Below are positions 62,401 through 64,000 of a stretch of 64,000 nt of DNA, one piece after another. This DNA comes from Phoronis australis (taxonomy: Eukaryota > Animalia > Phoronida). Under the pieces are notes generated by a model, which did not search any database, was not told the DNA's origin, and saw only the letters and a list, made by a program, of their open reading frames with translations. The position numbers and the translations under genes were made by a program. The stretch lies in NCBI GenBank assembly GCA_002633005.1, contig NMRA01000134.1, positions 721,012 to 785,011 on the forward strand, in the 5' to 3' direction. How positions within the stretch are numbered: the first letter of the stretch is position 1; the number at the start of each line of letters is the position of its first letter.

Positions 62401-62649
62401 ACGATGCAGTGATTCTTAATTTCATCAGCTGAGTGACACTAATTCCATTGTTTATTCCAATTTTCCCTTTTATTTCAGGTGTTTCAACTGGATAATAATG
62501 TGTCAGGTGTTACCACAGCCACTGCCAATCTGACCCCGCCCCACTACGATGGTATTCAATCACTAGCCCTGTCCGGCGACACATTGTTTAGTGGGTCGCG
62601 GGACTACTGCATTAAGAAGTGGGACTTGACTGACTACTCACTAAAACAG
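5034..62649 (+). CDS. KIF21: Kinesin-4 family KIF21A/B-like gene (partial, multi-exon; motor + coiled coil + WD40)
   Basis: 29 exons with GT-AG boundaries join in frame. Motor motifs [24 protein letters not shown] and [21 protein letters not shown] are present, with KIF21-type stalk ([28 protein letters not shown]) and WD40 tail ([30 protein letters not shown]). Confidence 0.96.
5547..5589 (+). CDS. KIF21: KIF21 exon ([14 protein letters not shown])
   Basis: tttcag / gtaatg; classic pre-P-loop motif; phase 2 to 0. Confidence 0.93.
6163..6345 (+). CDS. KIF21: KIF21 exon (P-loop [10 protein letters not shown]...FKVNAQFME)
   Basis: ctctag / gtatga; Walker A motif. Confidence 0.95.
6737..6793 (+). 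CDS. KIF21: KIF21 exon ([19 protein letters not shown])
   Basis: ttctag / gtaagt; kinesin ELYNE motif. Confidence 0.93.
6930..7152. repeat. About 30-bp minisatellite (AGCTGATTGGCCAGAGTATTTAGGAGTCAC)
   Basis: Seven to eight degenerate copies. Confidence 0.85.
7381..7608 (+). CDS. KIF21: KIF21 exon (switch [14 protein letters not shown])
   Basis: tttcag / gtagta; matches ORF 7396-7653. Confidence 0.94.
7736..8180. mobile_element. MITE-like element with long terminal inverted repeats (about 90 bp)
   Basis: CAAGAGTCTAATCACAAG...GAAGATTGACATATCCATATC...AAACAAACCATC is mirrored at 8095-8180; another arm copy lies at about 15885-15995. Confidence 0.72.
8398..8565 (+). CDS. KIF21: KIF21 exon (switch [18 protein letters not shown])
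   Basis: taccag / gtaatg. Confidence 0.95.
8536..8830 (+). repeat. 52-bp tandem repeat spanning the exon end and splice donor
   Basis: Units start at 8536, 8588, 8640 and 8692, followed by two degenerate units. Confidence 0.95.
9277..9392 (+). CDS. KIF21: KIF21 exon ([11 protein letters not shown]...[20 protein letters not shown])
   Basis: ttccag / gtgatt. Confidence 0.95.
9713..9908 (+). CDS. KIF21: KIF21 exon (end of motor and neck: [17 protein letters not shown])
   Basis: tttcag / gtgagg. Confidence 0.95.
11242..11434 (+). CDS. KIF21: KIF21 exon (GKRVVDAEG...coiled coil)
   Basis: ttttag / gtatga; phase 0 to 1. Confidence 0.9.
11419..11575 (+). repeat. 65-bp tandem repeat spanning the exon end and splice donor
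   Basis: ATTAAGAACATTCCAGGTATGACT at 11419 and 11484, degenerate at 11549. Confidence 0.9.
11901..11964 (+). CDS. KIF21: KIF21 exon ([21 protein letters not shown])
   Basis: caatag / gtaagt; phase 1 to 2. Confidence 0.9.
13781..14008 (+). CDS. KIF21: KIF21 exon ([10 protein letters not shown]...[11 protein letters not shown])
   Basis: ttctag / gtgagt. Confidence 0.9.
14516..14554 (+). CDS. KIF21: Candidate 39-nt cassette microexon of KIF21 ([12 protein letters not shown])
   Basis: tttatgtag acceptor, gtaagt donor, symmetric phase 2-2, no stop codon. Confidence 0.6.
16987..17047 (+). CDS. KIF21: KIF21 exon (acidic: [20 protein letters not shown])
   Basis: ctctttcag / gtaagt; needed to convert phase 2 to 0. 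Confidence 0.85.
17751..17820 (+). CDS. KIF21: KIF21 exon (acidic: EDGDEGDEE...SDSESEDK)
   Basis: ttgcag / gtcagt. Confidence 0.88.
18559..18753 (+). CDS. KIF21: KIF21 exon ([20 protein letters not shown])
   Basis: caccag / gtgagt. Confidence 0.92.
19190..19389 (+). CDS. KIF21: KIF21 exon (EYEKKIKEM...[12 protein letters not shown])
   Basis: ttacag / gtatat. Confidence 0.92.
20281..20432. mobile_element. 152-bp inverted-repeat element
   Basis: Perfect 21-bp TIR GAAATAGTGATTGTTACCTAT / ATAGGTAACAATCACTATTTC. Confidence 0.65.
20574..20865 (+). CDS. KIF21: KIF21 exon (VKLMKDIK...[13 protein letters not shown])
   Basis: gtgcag / gtaggt. Confidence 0.9.
21200..21352. repeat. 15-bp minisatellite (GTAGACGGTTGTAGG)
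   Basis: About 10 copies. Confidence 0.92.
21754..21914 (+). CDS. KIF21: KIF21 exon ([10 protein letters not shown]...[10 protein letters not shown])
   Basis: ttccag / gtttgg. Confidence 0.9.
22512..22703 (+). CDS. KIF21: KIF21 exon (QRERSS...[20 protein letters not shown])
   Basis: ctgcag / gtatgc; regulatory coiled-coil region. Confidence 0.92.
23007..23259 (+). CDS. KIF21: KIF21 exon ([12 protein letters not shown]...GLQSAQKEA)
   Basis: ttgtag / gtaagg; an in-phase alternative donor gtgaga lies at 23251. Confidence 0.88.
23345..23606. repeat. 51-bp minisatellite x5
   Basis: GATAAGGACATGTAGAGAGAGCTGGATAGGCAAATGAAGTAATGAGAACAG. Confidence 0.95.
24260..24305 (+). CDS. KIF21: KIF21 exon ([14 protein letters not shown])
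   Basis: ctacag / gtatgt; phase 1 to 2 required by the neighbouring exons. Confidence 0.82.
24306..24660. repeat. GT-rich minisatellite (TGTGTACCATGTGTGTAGTGTT)
   Basis: Begins immediately at the splice donor. Confidence 0.85.
24771..24791 (+). CDS. KIF21: Candidate 21-nt microexon of KIF21 (TESICQ)
   Basis: ttctttgacag acceptor, GAG/gtaaca donor, symmetric phase 2-2, open frame. Confidence 0.4.
26151..26244 (+). CDS. KIF21: KIF21 exon (LLEAPDTG...QARKDK)
   Basis: ctgtag / gtgagt; phase 2 to 0. Confidence 0.85.
27325..27710 (+). CDS. KIF21: KIF21 exon ([12 protein letters not shown]...[10 protein letters not shown])
   Basis: tcacag / gttagt. Confidence 0.88.
28203..28283 (+). CDS. KIF21: KIF21 exon ([10 protein letters not shown])
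   Basis: ctccag / gtgagt; resembles vertebrate KIF21 EPSPVTRR. Confidence 0.87.
29318..29530 (-). CDS. Nested antisense gene, terminal exon ([24 protein letters not shown]...RQQRE*)
   Basis: Minus-strand aacag acceptor at 29531, phase 0, in frame with ORF 29318-29515; charged helical composition. Confidence 0.62.
   Translation of the reverse strand, partial: VTKSTVRRVNPSKHNEQLQAFLRRMAHSRQVMDEMKARRVRYKYQHHMNMMSMEGYREMNQKKRHRQQRE
30008..30133. repeat. 16-bp minisatellite (ATATTGTGACTGGCAC) x about 8
   Basis: Perfect copies. Confidence 0.95.
32110..32555. repeat. About 160-bp tandem duplication, three degenerate units
   Basis: CGTCATGATC...TCGTCCTGTTTT...AAGTGTCGCTCCTC recurs three times; a related fragment lies at about 31500. 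Confidence 0.75.
33419..34556 (-). CDS. Nested antisense gene, large exon 2 (uncharacterised, helical N-terminus and low-complexity middle)
   Basis: The 365-aa ORF 33389-34486 extends in frame upstream to a tttgcttcag acceptor at 34557; AAG/gtagga donor at 33418 is phase 0. It is by far the longest ORF in the window outside the N gap. Confidence 0.8.
36350..36720. repeat. Degenerate minisatellite (GGGGCTTGCTAGCCCT...TCTGAAG)
   Basis: About 10 decayed units. Confidence 0.7.
37108..37241 (-). CDS. Nested antisense gene, exon 1 (candidate ATG at 37208: [33 protein letters not shown])
   Basis: On the minus strand: ttttcttttcag acceptor, GAG/gtaagt donor, open frame ending in phase 2 that matches the next exon. 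Confidence 0.7.
37300..37820 (+). mobile_element. 5'-truncated HINE-like copy
   Basis: Same internal units and 3' end (GCATTTCAAC..GTTGCTCTTGTT) as 45318-46792. Confidence 0.62.
38428..38474. repeat. (GT)n microsatellite
   Basis: Directly visible. Confidence 0.95.
38855..38980 (+). CDS. KIF21: KIF21 exon (SGTSDG...ENVFNRL)
   Basis: tcacag / gtagtg; NVFNRL motif. Confidence 0.88.
40010..40149 (+). CDS. KIF21: KIF21 exon (first WD40: [18 protein letters not shown])
   Basis: ttgcag / gtatgc. Confidence 0.92.
40180..41561 (+). mobile_element. Second HINE-like element of the same family
   Basis: Starts TTTTATGCGCCCACATG and ends GGGCGCATTTCAATGCTTTGCATTGCTCTTGTT; its 3' part recurs at 43280-43911. 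Confidence 0.68.
42307..43279. other. Assembly gap (973 N)
   Basis: Run of N. Confidence 1.
45318..46792 (+). mobile_element. Helentron-associated (HINE/pearl-like) non-autonomous element with internal tandem repeats
   Basis: 5' TTTTTATGCGCCC, hairpin CCACATA..TATGTGG and CCGT microsatellite; 3' GGGCGCAT subterminal inverted repeat, hairpin CAACGC-TCT-GCGTTG and CTCTTGTT; internal units with TTCATGAAATTTGG and CCTAGTGGC. Confidence 0.7.
47227..47410 (+). CDS. KIF21: KIF21 exon (WD40: TAKVWDL...HPNNV...IKVWDLR...CIRTL)
   Basis: ctgcag / gtaagt. Confidence 0.93.
47455..49010. repeat. 31-36 bp satellite array (GATGGTTCAGTATACTGTTCAGTGAAAGCTCA)
   Basis: Dozens of units; homogenised 36-bp sub-array at about 48713-48935; interrupted by the MITE. 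Confidence 0.93.
48201..48522. mobile_element. MITE inserted into a satellite, 4-bp TSD (TTCA)
   Basis: Imperfect TIRs of about 100 bp (AACAGCTTGTTATT... / ...AATAATAAGCTGTT); TTCA on both flanks; removing it restores the satellite unit. Confidence 0.75.
49945..50822. mobile_element. Hairpin-ended non-autonomous element inside a (TACATA)n microsatellite
   Basis: 160-bp imperfect palindrome at 49948-50108; TTTATACCACA (50110) is inverted by TGTGGTATAAA (50810); TACATA repeats on both sides. Confidence 0.6.
50661..50730 (+). pseudogene. tRNA-like sequence (tRNA pseudogene or SINE head)
   Basis: A box TGGTGTAGTGG, B box GGTTCGAATC, acceptor-like pairing GCTGAG/CTCGGT; anticodon arm does not pair well. 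Confidence 0.55.
50925..51420 (+). mobile_element. Degenerate HINE-like copy
   Basis: ATTATGCCATCCGTGTCCG, TTCATGAAATTT, CCTCCTAGTGGC and terminal GCTCTTGTT; similar fragments at about 26520-26650, 30670-30950, 32570-33060 and 62075-62420. Confidence 0.55.
53660..56880 (-). mobile_element. Decayed DIRS/Ngaro-type tyrosine-recombinase retroelement, interrupted by the Tc2-like element
   Basis: Minus strand 53818-53680 translates [44 protein letters not shown], matching the YR C-terminal pattern HSFRIGAAT...GRW.SDAY..YIR; weaker RNase H-like remnants at 56400-56880. Confidence 0.68.
54000..56382 (+). mobile_element. Tc1/mariner (Tc2-like) non-autonomous DNA transposon, about 2.4 kb
   Basis: TIRs CCGTAAACGTTCGGGTTAACGCCC and GGGCGTTAATCCGGACGTTTACGA, TA on both sides, GGGCGGTTAA subterminal arrays; no transposase ORF recognised. 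Confidence 0.82.
58758..58860. mobile_element. 103-bp MITE of the same Tc2-like family
   Basis: 24-bp TIRs CCGTAATCGTTCGGGTTAACGCCC / GGGCGTTAACCCGAACGATTATGG (1 mismatch), TA target duplication. Confidence 0.88.
61018..61179 (+). CDS. KIF21: KIF21 exon (WD40: SSG...[11 protein letters not shown]...RTWDLR)
   Basis: tttcag / gtgagt. Confidence 0.92.
61255..61390. repeat. About 43-bp tandem repeat x3 (GTAGAACTACTGAAGTCT...ATATTGTCA)
   Basis: Directly visible. Confidence 0.8.
61480..61597 (+). CDS. KIF21: KIF21 exon (WD40: [12 protein letters not shown]...GKDHYVK)
   Basis: cgtcag / gtatga. Confidence 0.92.
62479..62649 (+). CDS. KIF21: KIF21 exon (WD40: [12 protein letters not shown]...[13 protein letters not shown])
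   Basis: tttcag / gtagtc. Confidence 0.94.
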
Positions 62650-62969
62650 GTAGTCGCCATGTTTGTAGTTTGGCTTTAAGTGAATTAATTTAAAATAGAT
62701 TTTGAATTGAAAGAAGTCACCATCATTTTCTAAAGACTACAAGCTACACTGTCCATGCTGAATAGCAAGTAATCAATAACATGAATGAGAGCTGTGGCTG
62801 TGGAGTGCCCAGACTTGTCATATTACTTTCCGACGAATACTCATCAACCTGAGAGTGATTAACTCTCTCAAAAATAGCTTTGAAGTTACTACGGTCATTT
62901 TGTTCACCCTCTTTATAGACTGGAGAGTCTAGATTTTCTGTTCAGCCATTATTTTTGCGCTAAGCAATG

Positions 62970-63830
62970 ATATAGCCACAGCTTCACATATGGGCAAACG
63001 AGCCTACTTCGAGGTAGAGGCATGGTTCACATAAAGGCACATGGCCTTATTTCAAGATATAGGCCCATTTTCACATAATTATGGTCACACGACCTTACTT
63101 CCAGATATAGGCACAGTTTCACATATGGGCGCATGGGCCTACTTCCAGATATAGGTGCAGTTTCACATATAGGCACATGGGTCTACATCCAGGTATAGGT
63201 GCAGTTTCACTTATTGCAAGGCCGGCCGCCAACTGTTACAGATTTATTTGCATTCTAGGTACCTTTACAGCCTAATAATCGCTATGTTCATATTTTCAAA
63301 TGTTGCAAATTTTGAGCATTCACTTCTCTTCAAAAAACGAATGAAAATTATATTATCTTTAAAATTGTCAGTGTTTCAAATCTTCAAATCGGCACAGGTG
63401 GCAGCAGAAAGTACCGGAAAGTGATGGAAATTGTCGAGAAATTTCCCTTTTGTGGTTGGTCAATTGCAGTTTTTTGTGAAGGAGTGGCCATTTAAAATGT
63501 GCTGTCTTGGTTTTGCATTGTGGTACAACATATGGTTTGGAAATTGTGTTAAGGTTTTGAAGACCAGTGAACCGATGTATTAGATTACATTTAGAAGACA
63601 GTTATGGAATTAACCATGTTTAATCACGCTGTCTTCAACACTGAGAACCCTGCAACACCAATATGCAGCAGGAATTACGAGATATCGAGATTTTTGGGGC
63701 TGTGGTAGTGTGGGAAAAAAATGAACCATGCCGTGTAGGCACAGTTTCACATATAGGCACTTGGACCTACATCCAGTTATAGGCACAGCTTCACATAAAG
63801 GCACTTGGATCTATTTCCAGACGCTTCACA
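62970..63830. repeat. About 38-bp minisatellite (ATATAGGCACAGTTTCACATAT...CCTACTTCCAG) split into two blocks
   Basis: Blocks 62970-63210 and 63735-63830 are separated by about 520 bp of unrelated sequence. Confidence 0.8.
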
Positions 63831-64000
63831 TTGAGGCTCATGAATCTAAGTAGTTATATGGTTTTTGTTTCAATTGTGGTTAATCATCATCATGGTCATT
63901 CGTTAGCATCATAACCATCACTAAATACATTCACATTGCTAAAAAGTAAATTGTTCAATCTTCGCTTCTATTATTCAGTTGACCTTTATGTGACTCTGTT

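Overview
Eukaryotic (animal, AT-rich, intron-rich) genomic DNA. The window lies inside one + strand kinesin-4 gene of the KIF21A/B type (motor domain, coiled-coil stalk, C-terminal WD40 propeller). I could place 29 GT-AG exons whose phases join without a break, plus 2 candidate frame-preserving microexons; no first coding exon was found and the last WD40 exons fall beyond the window end. The 10.6 kb intron 28284-38854 holds a spliced antisense gene of unknown function (3 coding exons, about 483 aa). The introns contain a Tc1/mariner (Tc2-like) non-autonomous family, a decayed DIRS/Ngaro tyrosine-recombinase retroelement, Helentron-type (HINE-like) repeats rich in CTCF-consensus-like motifs, several MITEs and hairpin elements, many minisatellites and a 973-N assembly gap. 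The most unusual pattern is that at least 8 exons are followed in the downstream intron by tandem or degenerate 'echo' copies of their own 3' end, usually including the 5' splice site, and I saw none on the acceptor side. All calls were made by eye without alignments or database searches; family names rest on recalled motifs.
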